DNA of 64,000 nucleotides, taken from the NCBI RefSeq assembly GCF_009914755.1, contig NC_060940.1. One strand, 5' to 3'. The stretch is from the human T2T-CHM13v2.0 reference genome, Homo sapiens. Position numbers and translations under genes: made by a program. The notes below the pieces were generated by a model. That model ran no database searches, was not told the DNA's origin, and saw nothing but the letters and a program-made list of their open reading frames with translations. Positions 1 to 16,270 of the stretch are shown piece by piece. Each line of letters opens with the position of its first letter. Positions within the stretch are counted from its first letter, which is position 1.

Positions 1-885
1 TGAGCCGGGGAGGTCGAGGCTGCTGAGGTGGGAGGATCACATGAGCCGGGGAGGTCGAGGCTGCTGAGGTGGGAGGATCACATGAGCCGGGGAGGTCGAG
101 GCTGCTGAGGTGGGAGGATCACATGAGCCGGGGAGGTCGAGGCTGCAGAGGTGGGAGGATCACATGAGCCTGGGAGGTCGAGGCTGCTGAGGTGGGAGGA
201 TCACATGAGCCGGGGAGGTCGAGGCTGCAGAGGTGGGAGGATCACATGAGCCGGGGAGGTCGAGGCTGCAGAGGTGGGAGGATCACATGAGCCTGGGAGG
301 TCGAGGCTGCTGAGGTGGGAGGATCACATGAGCCGGGGAGGTCGAGGCTGCAGAGGTGGGAGGATCACATGATCCTGGGAGGTCGAGGCTGCAGAGGTGG
401 GAGGATCACATGAGCCGGGGAGGTCGAGGCTGCAGAGGTGGGAGGATCACATGAGCCGGGGAGGTCGAGGCTGCAGAGGTGGGAGGATCACATGAGCCGG
501 GGAGGTCGAGGCTGCAGAGGTGGGAGGATCACATGATCCTGGGAGGTCGAGGCTGCTGAGGTGGGAGGATCACATGAGCCGGGGAGGTCGAGGCTGCAGA
601 GGTGGGAGGATCACATGAGCCGGGGAGGTCGAGGCTGCAGAGGTGGGAGGATCACATGAGCCGGGGAGGTCGAGGCTGCAGAGGTGGGAGGATCACATGA
701 GCCAGGGAGGTCGAGGCTGCAGAGGTGGGAGGATCACATGAGCCGGGGAGGTCGAGGCTGCAGAGGTGGGAGGATCACATGAGCCTGGGAGGTCGAGGCT
801 GCTGAGGTGGGAGGATCACATGAGCCGGGGAGGTCGAGGCTGCTGAGGTCGGAGGATCACATGAGCCGGGGAGGTCGAGGCTGCA
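1..885 (+). repeat. 41-bp minisatellite (at least 21 copies, truncated by window start) derived from an Alu right-arm segment
   Basis: Unit GAGGTGGGAGGATCACATGAGCCGGGGAGGTCGAGGCTGC(T/A) recurs every 41 nt (TGAGCC at 1, 42, ...). It runs straight into a normal Alu 3' end and A-rich tail (886-978). Confidence 0.92.
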
Positions 886-978
886 GCGAGCTGTGGTTGC
901 ACCACTGCACTTCAGCCTGGGCCACAGAGTCATACCTTGCCTCTAAGAAAAGATAATGCAAACAAACAAACAAAAAAT
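886..978 (+). mobile_element. 3' end and tail of the AluJ-like element hosting the minisatellite
   Basis: GCGAGCTGTGGTTGCACCACTGCACTTCAGCCTGGG...CTCT followed by A-rich (AAAC)n. Confidence 0.85.
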
Positions 979-1572
979 TTAAAAAATCATTAGGGAAAGG
1001 AAAAGAATGTCACAGGCTATGGGAGTAATGAGGCACTGGTTGGGATGAGTAAAAAGAACTCTGCAGAGTGTAGGGACAGCAGGCACAGGAGCAGCCGCCA
1101 CCCAGGGCCGGGGCAGAGCCCCCCAGCTACAGTCACTGCCACCCAGGGCTGAGGTCTGCACCAGCTGCAAACGGCGTGGTGGGGACACCACCGTGCTGTC
1201 AGGGCTTGTGGGGAACCTGCCTCCTGGCTGCCAGGAAAGCTATTCTGTTGCAGGACACTTGGCAGAGGCACCCCTAGAGAACAGCTACCCGAATGGGGTC
1301 GGGGAAGCCCCTGGCTCTGGCTACAGTGGGCAGGATGCTCCCTGGAGTAGGTACTGGGGAGACTGCAGGTGTCGGAGGGCCCTGCAGAGAGTGGTCAGAA
1401 CCAGGAGGCAAACCTCTTCCTGCTGTGTTCACTCCTCGGCTCCCTCTGCTGATGACACGCAGCATTGTGGAGGAAGAGCCTGCTAAGGGCCCAGCTCTGT
1501 TTCTACAGGGCAAGTAAAAAGGATGGACTTAGAGCTGAGGGGCTCTACGTTAATACCTGGCACAGCAGCTGA

Positions 1573-1885
<313 letters not shown>

Positions 1886-2659
1886 CCTCCAGTAGACTTT
1901 TCTGCCTGACCCTGGAAAGAAAATCAGAGGTGTTTTTGAGACAGGTAAGCTGAAGAGAGACGTGGCTTTGTGAGTTCCAGGACCGTGATGGTTCCCAGGC
2001 CCCAGGGGTGAGGGTGTCTTCCTGCAGGCTGAGGCTAATAGTTCAGCAGCTAGACTGTAAAATACAACTTTGGACCTCAGAAATGAGGGAGAAGGTAAGT
2101 TTGGCCCATGTGCCACTGCAGATGGTTAAATCAGACAGCTGATGTATAATTGGCTATATTTACTGCCCTGAAATGGCAACGGGAAAGGTTTCCAAACTGA
2201 TGCCTAGGCAGGCGTTCTGAGCATGATGCATCAGTGCCTGAGTCGAAGCCAGCGGCAAACTCTCCTGTCACAGCGGGGCCTGGGTCACTTTTCACTTGGG
2301 GGCCTCCGAAGGCCAAGCGTTTGGGGGTAATTTGGCTTCAGAAGCATTGGGACAGTGCAGCCAGCGGGTGGGACCAGGTGTGGCGCTGGCCTCTCAGTCG
2401 TGGTCTGGGGTGGCTGCATCTGGAAGCCTCTTTGGGGGCTGGAGTAACGAGACGTATGCGGCCTCACCCCAGCACTGCCGTGTCCTTGCTGTTTTGCTGA
2501 GTGAGCATTTGTGCATGGACTTGCCTGGGGGGCCCTGCATGCCGGGAGCATTGCTGAAAGGCCGCCCACCTCGTATCTCCACAGCCTGAGTTTCCTGCTT
2601 CCTCCTGCTCCTCTCTGTCTGTTCTAACAATTTTCCTGTTTATTTTGTTTTCTGCACAG

Positions 2660-2695
2660 TCCGACAAAGCGGCTCTCCAGCAAGAAGGTGGCAAG
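2660..2695 (+). CDS. RAB11FIP3: RAB11FIP3 exon 6 (36-nt small exon, (S)PTKRLSSKKVA(R))
   Basis: Pyrimidine tract and CAG acceptor at 2659, AAG|GTAGGT donor. Phase 2-2, joins in frame to the next exon (R-YLHQSG). Confidence 0.9.
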
Positions 2696-3738
2696 GTAGG
2701 TGGGTCTCTGGTTCCTGCTGAAAAACGTTCTGAAGTGGATAATTAATCATAGTTTTTTAAAAAACATTTTAAAATGTTCTTTTCCAAGGTATTTTTTAAA
2801 CTCTTGCAAGTTACTTTACATGGTTTGGGGCTGAAGGTATCCTGAAGGAGTGTTGGGAAAGGGGTTTCCAGGGCTGTGAATTTGGACCTGGATTTGTGAC
2901 CAGGGAGGGTACGTGTCAGAGCTTTTGGTGCTGGGCCTCTTGTGTGTTCACTAAGGTCTGGAAGGGGCCGCCATCCCCAGATGTCTGCTCTATGTTAGCT
3001 CTGAGGTAGCGAGACCCAGTGAGGAGCCTGGCTTCTCAGAGCCGGGTCTGGGCAGCTCCCCAAGGTGAGTCGAAGGTGAGGGATGGGTCTGACTCCAATT
3101 CCTAAAGACCATTTCTTCATTTTCCAGCTTCGTATAGATCTGTTGGCTTCCTGCTGTGAAAGATGGCAACATACACTTTTATCTTCCTCCCCTGCCAGTT
3201 CTTACCGAAATAAACATGCAGGGTTAAGGCCCTTCCCAGGGAGCCACTCAGTGTGGCTGCCGGGTGGCCTCTGCTGCCGTCAGAGTCTGCCTTTGTGTCT
3301 TTATCTGCTTTGCCTTCCTAGTCCCCGTCCTGCTTCGTGGCCCGGCATCTGGCAGGGCTGGGAGACGCCTCTCCAGCTTCCTCTGGAGCATCCCCTCTGG
3401 AGCCTCCTCTCTGCCCTGTTGTGCCGGGCGTTCTCCAGGCCTCGTGGCTGTGGTCCTGGACAGGTCTCCCCACACTGGTGGGTTCCTTTGTTTCGGGGGT
3501 TGGATCCTCTAGCTCCCTGGCCCCGTCTTCCTTCTCATTTGTTTTCTCTGGTTTTTGTCCAGCGTATCTTCCTGTAGCTTCTTGAGAAAAGAGGTGCTCA
3601 GGAGATAAACTTGAGCTTGGGTTGGTTTGTACTGTGAGAGTGGGATCATTTTCCTGTAAGATTTTTGACGGCATTGCTTATCTTCTAGAGCTAAAGTTGT
3701 TACCATGAAGTTTAACCTTTCTGACTCGGTTTCTTTGG

Positions 3739-4637
3739 GACCAGCCTGAGCAACTTAGTGAAACCCTGTCTCTACAAAAAAAAAAAAAAAATTAAAAATT
3801 AAAAATTAAAAAAAAAAAAGGAAAATAGGCAAGGTCTAGCTGCGTTGCCCAGGCTGTAGTGCAGTGAGTGGCAATTCATAGGTGCAAGCATAGCTCACAA
3901 CAGCCCCAGACTCCCTGGGCTTAAGTAATCTTTCCACCTCAGCCTCCCAAAATTCTCGGATTACAGAGGTAAGCCACCACACCCAGCCAAGAACAGAAAC
4001 CTTTTGTTTTCCATTTTCTTTTATTTTGAGACATTGTCTTGCTCTGTCACCTGGGCTGAAGTACCGTGGTGCAATCACAGCTCACTGCAGCCTGGACCTC
4101 TCAGGCTCACTCCATCCTCCCACCTCCTCCTCCTGAGGACCTGGGACTACAGGTGCGCATTGCCAATGCCTGGCTAGTCTTTTAATTTTTAATAGAGATG
4201 GAGTTTCACTACGTTGCCCAGACTGATCTTGAGCTCCTGGGCTGAAGGGATCCTCCCACCTTGGCCTCCCAAAGTACTGGGATCACAGGCATGAGCCGTC
4301 ACACCTGGCCATGGATGAAAACTTTTTTCTTTTTGTTTCTCTTCTCTTTTCTTGGCTTTCTTTTCTTTTTGAGACAGTCTTGCTCTGTCTTGCTCTGTGA
4401 AGTGACATCATCACAGCTCTCAATAGTTTTCACTTCCCAGACCTCCCAAGCTCAAATGATCCTCCCTCCTCAGCCTCCCGAGCAGCTGAGACCACAGGCG
4501 CATGCCACCATACCCAGATGATTTTTTAATTTTTTGTAGAGACAGGCCCAGACTGGTCTTGAACTCCTGGGCTCTAGCAGTCCTCCCACCTCGGTCTCCC
4601 AGAATGTTGGAATTACAGGCAGGAGCCACCGCGTCCC
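3739..4637. mobile_element. Cluster: Alu left-arm fragment (+, 3739-3825), FAM fossil Alu monomer (-, 3832-3988), two AluJ-like elements (-, ~4005-4310 and ~4322-4637)
   Basis: Alu hallmarks. The 3832-3988 monomer reads GCACCTATGAATTGCCAC on the minus strand, the 7SL-like stretch retained in FAM but absent from dimeric Alu arms. Confidence 0.8.
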
Positions 4638-4764
4638 ACTTGTTTTCCATTTTCTGTCATTTTAGGGGCTAGGGGCTAGGGGCTAGAGGAAGCAGAGGTG
4701 AACGTCATCATGCATCTTTTTCTAACTGTCTTCTTGCTCACCCCTTTCAGAAAAGCATTGAGCT

Positions 4765-5068
4765 GGCCGGGCGTAGTAGGTCACGCCTGTAATCCCAGCA
4801 CTTTGGGAGGCTGAGGTGGGTGGATCACCTGAGGTTGGGAGTTCAAGACCAGCCTGGCCAAAATGGAGAAACCCCATCTCTACTAAAAAAATACAAGATT
4901 AGCCAGGTGTGTTAGCAGGTGCCTGTAATCCCAGCTACTCAGGAGACTGAGGCAGGAGAATCACCTGAACCCTGGAGGCGGAGCTTGGAGTGAGCCGAGA
5001 TTGTGCCATTGTACTCCAGCCTGGGCAACAAGAGCGAGACTCCATCTCAAAAAAAGAAAGAAAAAGAG
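4765..5068 (+). mobile_element. Full-length AluS
   Basis: GGCCGGGCG start, A-rich tail, TSD AAGCATTGAGCT on both sides. Confidence 0.93.
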
Positions 5069-5350
5069 AAGCATTGAGCTCTTAGGAACGTGACGTGCAT
5101 CCCCAGCTACACTTCTGTTACCACTTCAGCATCACCTTCCTCCCCACTTCATCAAGTCTTTTACTCCAGACAGGCTGCAGCTGGTGACATGAAAGACCGG
5201 TCAAGGCCAGCTAAGGCATCTGCTTGAGGCCTCCCGTGCCTAGGATGGGGCGCAGCCTGCAGTTGGCTGTCACAGCCTTGTGTCAGAAACACCCTTTAAA
5301 ATTTAATGTTTCCTTCACGGGTACCCTTTGGCATAAAAAAAGCCCAATCT

Positions 5351-5652
5351 GAGCCGGACGCAGTGGCTCACGCCTGTAATCCCAGCACATTGGGAAGCCA
5401 AGGTGGGTGGATCACGAGGTCAGGAGTTCAAGAACAGCCTGACCAACATGGTGAAACCCCGTCTCTACTAAAAATACAAAAATTAGTTAGGCATGGTGGC
5501 ACACATGCCTGTAATCCCAGCTACTCAGGAGCCTGAGGTAGGAGAACTGCTTGAACCCAGAAGGCAGAGGTTACAGTGAGCCCAGATCACGCCACTGCAC
5601 TCTAGCCTGGGCGACAGAGCAAGACTGTCTCAAAAAAAAAAAAAAAAAAAAA
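5351..5652 (+). mobile_element. Full-length AluS
   Basis: Alu dimer with poly(A) tail. Confidence 0.92.
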
Positions 5653-6236
5653 AGCTCCATCTGCAGTTATCTGTCGTTAGAGTTTACAAAACAGAGACCT
5701 CTTCTGCAGTGTGTCTATCCACATGTAAATATATGTACACAAGATTTAATCTGTTGTTTTGCCCCAAATCTGCCACAAGAGGCTAAGGAAGAGCAAAATA
5801 AACGTCGCGATTCGCTTCTCACAGTTCTCAGCCCTTCGCGCTGAACTATTGCTGAGATGGTGGGTTTTGCCAGCAGCCATTGTAGCCCCCGGGCCTGGCT
5901 GCATTGCTCACCTCCCTCAGCCTTGTTCTGTCCCTGTCCATGAGATGGAAGTGGCTTTCTCCAGTCAGCTGTGTGTGCAGAGACCGGGGGCTCCGGGCAG
6001 AGCCGAGTCCATCAGGACTGGAGGAAGTGCTCACAGCAGGCAGGCTCCCTGGGCCCTGGGTGGGAGGCCTCAGGGATCCCCGTACCTCCTTGCTCACCAG
6101 CCAGGCTCGACCTACTGCCCTGTGGGGCAGGTCAGGCTTTTTCCACAGCTCCCTCTCTGGGAGGAGGGTCCTTCCAAGTGAGGGTGTGGTGTAGCTGGAG
6201 AATCCCTCTTTCTAGGGGATTTAAATAAGCAGCCCC

Positions 6237-6685
<449 letters not shown>

Positions 6686-7120
6686 CTACGCCTCTAGGAC
6701 AGCTCAGAAGTGCTGACAGGTCGTGGCCTCTCAGGATGGGCTCTGGGTTGCAGCTTCATGCCTGGAGTGGCTCATGTTTGGGGGCAAGGTCATGGGCGTT
6801 TAAGAGCAGCGACTGGCCAAGAACATGATCTGTATCAGCAGCAGCTTTTGAGAATCTGATGAAATCCCCAGAGCCCCAGAAGGGCACCGGTGTGTTCCAG
6901 CTGGTGCACGTTCACAGGGCTTGTCTCCTCAGAGCGTTTATGGGGAAAAAGATGGAAATGTTCAAGCCCAGTCCGTACTGAGAAGCAAATCGAACTTCAT
7001 ACACTTGGTAGACATTTTCAGTGGAAAAATATTAACATTTTATGGAATTCTTACTCTGCTACGTCCCTAGCCAAGCTGTTTGTATGCATGACCTTGGTTA
7101 AACCTCAGTTGCCTCTAGAC

Positions 7121-7860
7121 CCCCATTTCATAGGCAAGGAAGCTGGGAGAGGGTCCCCCCATTTCATAGGCAAGGAAACTCGGAGAGGGTCCCCCCATTT
7201 CATAGGCAAGGAAGCTCGGAGAGGGTCTCCCATTTCATAGGCAAGGAAGCTGGGAGAGGGTCCCCCCATTTCATAGGCAAGGAAGCTCGGAGAGGATCCC
7301 CCCATTTCATAGGCAAGGAAGCTGGGAGAGGGTCCCCCCATTTCATAGGCAAGGAAGCTCGGAGAGGGTCCCCCATTTCACAGGCAAGGAAGCTGGGAGA
7401 GGGTCCCCCATTTCATAGGCAAGGAAGCTGGGAGAGGGTCCCCCCATTTCACAGGCAAGGAAGCTGGGAGAGGGTCCCCCCATTTCACAGACAAGTTCAG
7501 AGAGGCTCCCCCCATTTCATAGGCAGGGAAGCTGGGAGAGGGTCCCCCCATTTCACAGACAAGTTCGGAGAAGGTCCCCCATTTCATAGGCAAGGAAGCT
7601 GGGAGAGGGTCCCCCCATTTCACAGGCAAGGAAGTTCAGAGAGGGTCCCCCCATTTCACAGACAAGGAAGTTCGGAGAGGATCCCCCATTTCATAGGCAA
7701 GGAAGCTGGGAGATGGTCCCCCCATTTTATAGGCAAGGAGTCTGGGAGAGTGTCCCCCCATTTCATAGGCAAGGAGGCTGGGAGAGGGTCCCCCCATTTC
7801 ATAGGCAAGGAGGCTGGGAGAGGGTCCCCCCATTTCATAGGCAAGGAAGCTCGGAGAGGG
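7121..7860 (+). repeat. ~36-bp minisatellite (~20 copies), probably MIR-core derived
   Basis: Unit CCCCATTTCATAGGCAAGGAAGCTGGGAGAGGGTCC, with ATTT at 7125, 7161, 7197, 7232. Confidence 0.92.
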
Positions 7861-8839
7861 CCAGTGCTTTTTAACGGTCACGCAGTTCTGAGCATCAGGC
7901 TGTCAGCCTGGAGCCTGGCTTGGTACTGAGGTTCCCAGGATGTATAAAGAACTGAACACGCACCTTTGCTGTTGGCTCTTCTGTGCGAGTGCTCTGAGAG
8001 TTTTCTGTACTCCCGGCAAGTTTGGGTTGGTACAGATTCACCACAGCGAATCTGACCACGTGGTGACCACAAGCACGCGCTTACTGCGCGCCTAAGTTCA
8101 CACTCCCTGGAGAAGCTCCTGCCCCAAGGCCGCAGCCTATGGGCCTTTGCGTCTACTCAGGACCATGAGGCTGTGTCCCCGAGCCTGGCCCGGGTAGTAA
8201 CTGGCATGGCCTGCGGTGCTGGGGGCGTGTCCACAGGAGCTGGTGCCACAGAGGACACGTGTGTCTGCTGTCTTCCTGGACTCGGTCGGACCAGTTTCCC
8301 AGTGTGTCCGTGAGGGTGACACTGAGTGAGACTTCTGGGATCCACACCTTTCCTGGGACCCTCACTCTTCCTGCCACAGAAAGCACCTGTGAAAGTCTGA
8401 GATCAAGAATGTGCACAGGGGAGGTGTCTGCAGGTCAAGGTCCTGAGCTGATGTCTCACAGGCCTCTGGTAGAGACGAGATTGTTCGTGTCTCTGCGAAG
8501 AAGGGCATGTTTTATTGCAGCCAAGTACAAAGTCCTCTCTGCCACTCGCTGGCTGGGACTGAGGTCATGTTCTGTCAGGTTCCAAAGAGCGCCAGGAAGA
8601 CTCTGAGACCACAGAGCACGGCCTGCTTTCTCCCAGCCCCTGGTAAAGATGTCCAGCCTGGGACCTCCCCCTGTATATAGTGCTTTAAGTGGGAGAAGAC
8701 CACCACCCAGATCAGGGGAGGACCTGTCCCCTGCAATGCTGCTGCCTGCTTTTCAGATTGACTTGGGAGTGCTTGTGCTGACGGAGCATGTCCTGTGGTT
8801 TTTCCCTTTCTTCCCTCTGTTGTTGTGCCTTTTCTGTAG

Positions 8840-8933
8840 GTACCTGCACCAGTCAGGGGCCCTGACCATGGAGGCCCTGGAGGACCCTTCCCCCGAGCTC
8901 ATGGAGGGCCCAGAGGAGGACATTGCTGACAAG
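8840..8933 (+). CDS. RAB11FIP3: RAB11FIP3 exon 7 (YLHQSGALTMEALEDPSPELMEGPEEDIADK)
   Basis: TTTTCTGTAG acceptor, AAG|GTAGGC donor, 94 nt, in frame with neighbouring exons. Confidence 0.95.
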
Positions 8934-9433
8934 GTAGGCCCTGGAGGGCTGGGTAGGTGGCAAGTAGGGGATTTAGAACACAGCCACGCCTAAGGGCCGC
9001 TGCAGACACCCCGGGAGGTGGGGACAGCACAGCCGGAGGTGACCCCATGTCCTCCAGGGCTCCCCAGACTGTCCATCCAGCCCCGATGCTCTTTGGCAGG
9101 TTTCCCCAAGGGGTCTCGTGGCCATGTGAGAAAAAGGAGTCTTCCTGTTGTGCACGAAGGGCCAGCTGGGAGGAGTGGACTGGGCAGTGAGTGAGCACCC
9201 TCGGGTATCCCACCCCCACTGTGTCTGAGTCGGGCTGGGGGACACCCAGACATTCAGTCCACCAGGCCCATGGAGACGCGACCTGGGGCACCCATGATTT
9301 GGGAGAAAAGGGCTGGCCCTGCAGTTACTGCAGAGCCAACAGCCTGAGGAACGGGCTTCTCCTGGGGCCTTGAATGGAATGGGTGACAGCAGCCAGGGCA
9401 AGGCAGCCTTGCCGTGGTCAAGACCCGCTTTTC

Positions 9434-12080
<2,647 letters not shown>

Positions 12081-12600
12081 ACAACTTCTCTAGCATCTCA
12101 AGTCTGCTGACCCAGGCCAAGTCCTCCTCTGCTCCCTTCACTCCTTCTCCTACCTCCGCAGGTGTCTGATTCTCATCTTGGTGTGAACTCTCTGAGGGAG
12201 GGACCGAGACATGGATCTGTCTGTCCCTTGCATCCATGGGCACCTGGGCTGCCTCTGTGAGCTGCATCTGGCTGAGCAGAGACCCAACTGTGTGTTGGGG
12301 GGCTGAGTCTTGCTGCCCACCAGCCAGCCAGTCCAAAGGCACCCCTGGGCCCCGAGCCCTCAGAGCTGCGGCACTGTGTGCATTTGTGGGTCGAATGACA
12401 GTGCTCCCCAAGACCCCGGCCCCATTAGGAGCTGCACCTTTGTGGGTTTATGGGACAAGTTGGATCCAACACCAGCCTAGCTAGGTGGATCTGATTCTGT
12501 GCTGAGAAAATCCCCAGGCGGCCTCCCAGGTTGTTCCCTTGGGGGTGCAGGCCCTTCTGCTTCTGGCTGCCTGACCCTGAAGCCTGGTCTCATTGCCAAG

Positions 12601-12704
12601 GTTGTCTTCCTGGAAAGGCGTGTGCTGGAGCTGGAAAAGGACACGGCAGCCACCGGTGAGCAACACAGCCGCCTGAGGCAGGAGAACCTGCAGCTGGTGC
12701 ACAG
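12601..12704 (+). CDS. RAB11FIP3: RAB11FIP3 exon 8 (VVFLERRVLELEKD...ENLQLVH)
   Basis: AAG acceptor at 12600, CAG|GTGAGC donor, coiled-coil sequence, 104 nt. Confidence 0.95.
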
Positions 12705-14039
12705 GTGAGCCTGGGCCAGGAGACCCGGGCCTCTGCGTGGCGCCTCCTGTGCCCGCCTGTCAGCCCCCATTTACTTCTCTTTACCTCACACAGCAGGGGC
12801 TTGGCCACCCGTCCATCCCCGTTGGAAGCCGGCTGAGGGGGTGGTGCCAGGTGGTCATCTGAGCCTACCCAGTGGGCTGCAGGCAGGCGACCCGAGGCTC
12901 TGACTGGTGCTCTCATGGAACCCTAGACACACAGAGGGCCAGAGGAGGGCACTGCCTCCCTCTCGGGAGCGCTGAGACCTGACCCACACAGAGGAGGAAC
13001 TGACTGCGAACCCACGCAGTGCTCAGCCTCACCAGCAGGCCTGGAGGTGCAGCTCTCCCACCACTCTGGTCCATACGGGGTTTGCCCGTCCTGGAAGAAT
13101 GCAGGTTAGAGAAGTCGCTCAGCAGCAGAAAGCGAAATGAGCAGTGACTGCTGAGTACGCGACAGGACGCGCAGTCTCATCGCTGTGGGCAGGAGTGCTG
13201 GGGAGGAAGCGAAGTGTGACGCCGTGTTTGCAGAGAAAGAGTGGGAGCTGCTTGCCTCACTCTGGTTTGCAGACTTTTCTTAGAATACCGTGTAATTCTC
13301 GGTGTTTTTCACACGAGGCACGCCATGTTGTCTCATAGCCGATTTGCAGGACTGTTTCCGGTGCAAAGTAAGATGAGCTTGTCCCAGGAGTCAGCTACCC
13401 AGGCTATGACACCTGTAGCTGGGCACCGGCAGCCTCTTGTGGGCAGAGGAGGCAGCCAGGAGGCCTATGAGGCACCTGTGGGATCTGCAGAAGAGGTTCT
13501 TCCTGTGAGCTTCTGTCCCTGCCCAGCTGCGCGGGCACATCCCGGCTCTTCCACATATTCTCAGCTCGGCCAAGGGCCCTGTCCCTTGAAGCTTCAGTGT
13601 CTTCATCACCACTGAGCAGGTAGATTCAGGGCTCTGAGCAGCCTGCACACACGTGTGTTGGCAGCAGGGCATTTGTGGTCAGCATCCCCAAAGCCCCCAA
13701 GCCCTCACCCTCACGGTACTAACATTTGTGACCATCTGCCCTGTGAGCGCTGAGAATTGGAATGCCTCATGGGATTGTGGGCATAACTTGCACATCATTT
13801 TAATTCTAACAAAGCAAAGCATGTGCTCTTGTGGAGTGAAGACCCTGGGCTTGGCGGCTGCCCGTTCTCCAGGATTCTCAGCAGAAGAGGGCCTGCTACC
13901 AGCCCCTGCTGCAGAGTGGAGAGGGGCCAGGCATGCTGGTGAAGGGGCTGGACTCCCGTAGTGCGCTACACATAAGCAGTGCCACCAAAGACCACTGTCT
14001 CCTCCTTGTCAAGGAGAATCCGGGGGGCTGCCAGATGCA

Positions 14040-14623
<584 letters not shown>

Positions 14624-14815
14624 TAGATGCCTTTGTCGAGTTGACTGTGGAGGTTTCATTTGAGTCTGGAGTATGTTCATCTGTTTTCCGTGTGTGTGGT
14701 GTGAAGTCCACACTGCCGCCTGGCACCACCCACTGACCGTCTGCAGTGCAGCCCCGGCCACATTCAGTTCCTGTGGCTGTTCCCTGTGGTGCTCACCTCC
14801 AACGTCCTAAACAAC

Positions 14816-15053
14816 ACGTTTCCCGTTTTCAGTATCATCTGCCCGTTCTGAGCCATTTGCTCTCTAGCCCTACCATACAGCTGCCATCCTAAGAGTACGT
14901 TTCCCGTTTTCAGTATCATCTGCCCGTTCTGAGCCATTTGCTCTCTAGCCCTACCATACAGCTGCCATCCTAAGAGTACGTTTCCCGTTTTCAGTATCAT
15001 CTGCCCGTTCTGAGCCATTTGCTCTCTAGCTGTGCCGTACAGCTGCCATCCTA
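14816..15053 (+). repeat. 81-bp tandem repeat, ~3 copies
   Basis: ACGTTTCCCGTTTTCAGTATCATC... at 14816, 14897, 14978. Confidence 0.93.
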
Positions 15054-15316
15054 GGAATTCCGAGTGCTTTCTCCTGTGTTTGATTCCTTATTTTCTGGGT
15101 CCCACGTTTTCTTCTGTTTTGCCAACTCATTTTCTGAGTATGTCACTGATAGTTGCCTGGAAAAGGGAGCACAGGAGCCAGATGCTCTGAGAACTGCTTG
15201 TGTGGAAGTGCTTTTTCCTCCCACCCTGCTCCAGTCCATAGTGTAGCTGGGCATAAAATTCTAGGTCAGAGATCGAATTCCCTGAGAATGTGAAGACCTC
15301 TGACCCGGTGCTGTGA

Positions 15317-15805
<489 letters not shown>

Positions 15806-15984
15806 TGAAGTTATTTCACCATGCGGCCTCTCCCTCTCATCTGTCTGAACATCTGCTAGTCACACAGTGGGCCTTCTGGATGTTTCCTCTCCTTTTTTAA
15901 ACTTTCCTCGTCTCTAATTTTATCTTTCTGTTCTTTTTTTCTATGTAATATTCTCAGTTTTCTCCTTCAACTCTTGATCAGATC

Positions 15985-16270
15985 TTTTTTTTTTTTTTGA
16001 GACAGAGTCTCACTCTGTTGCCCAGGCTGTAGTGCAGTGGTGTGATCTCTGCTCAGTGCAACCTCTGCCTCCTGGGTTCAAATGATTCTCGTGCTTCAGC
16101 CTCCCGAGTAGCTGGGACTACAGGCACCTGCCACCACATCCGGCTAATTTTTGTATTTTTAGTAGATTCAGGGTTTCACCATATTGGTCAGGCTGGTCTC
16201 GAACTCCTGATCTCAGGTGATCTGCCCGCCTCTGCCTCCCAGAGTGCTGGGATTACAGGCGTGAGCCCGG
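15985..16270 (-). mobile_element. AluS
   Basis: Poly(T) followed by Alu consensus on the minus strand. Confidence 0.9.

Noticed and set aside
4664-4686. Telomere-like (GGGGCTA)3
   Set aside because: Only three units, not TTAGGG, and too few full G-tracts for a confident G4
6820-6930. Possible hAT-Charlie MER fragment (TTTGAGAATCTGATGAAA)
   Set aside because: The match is too short to assign a family without a search
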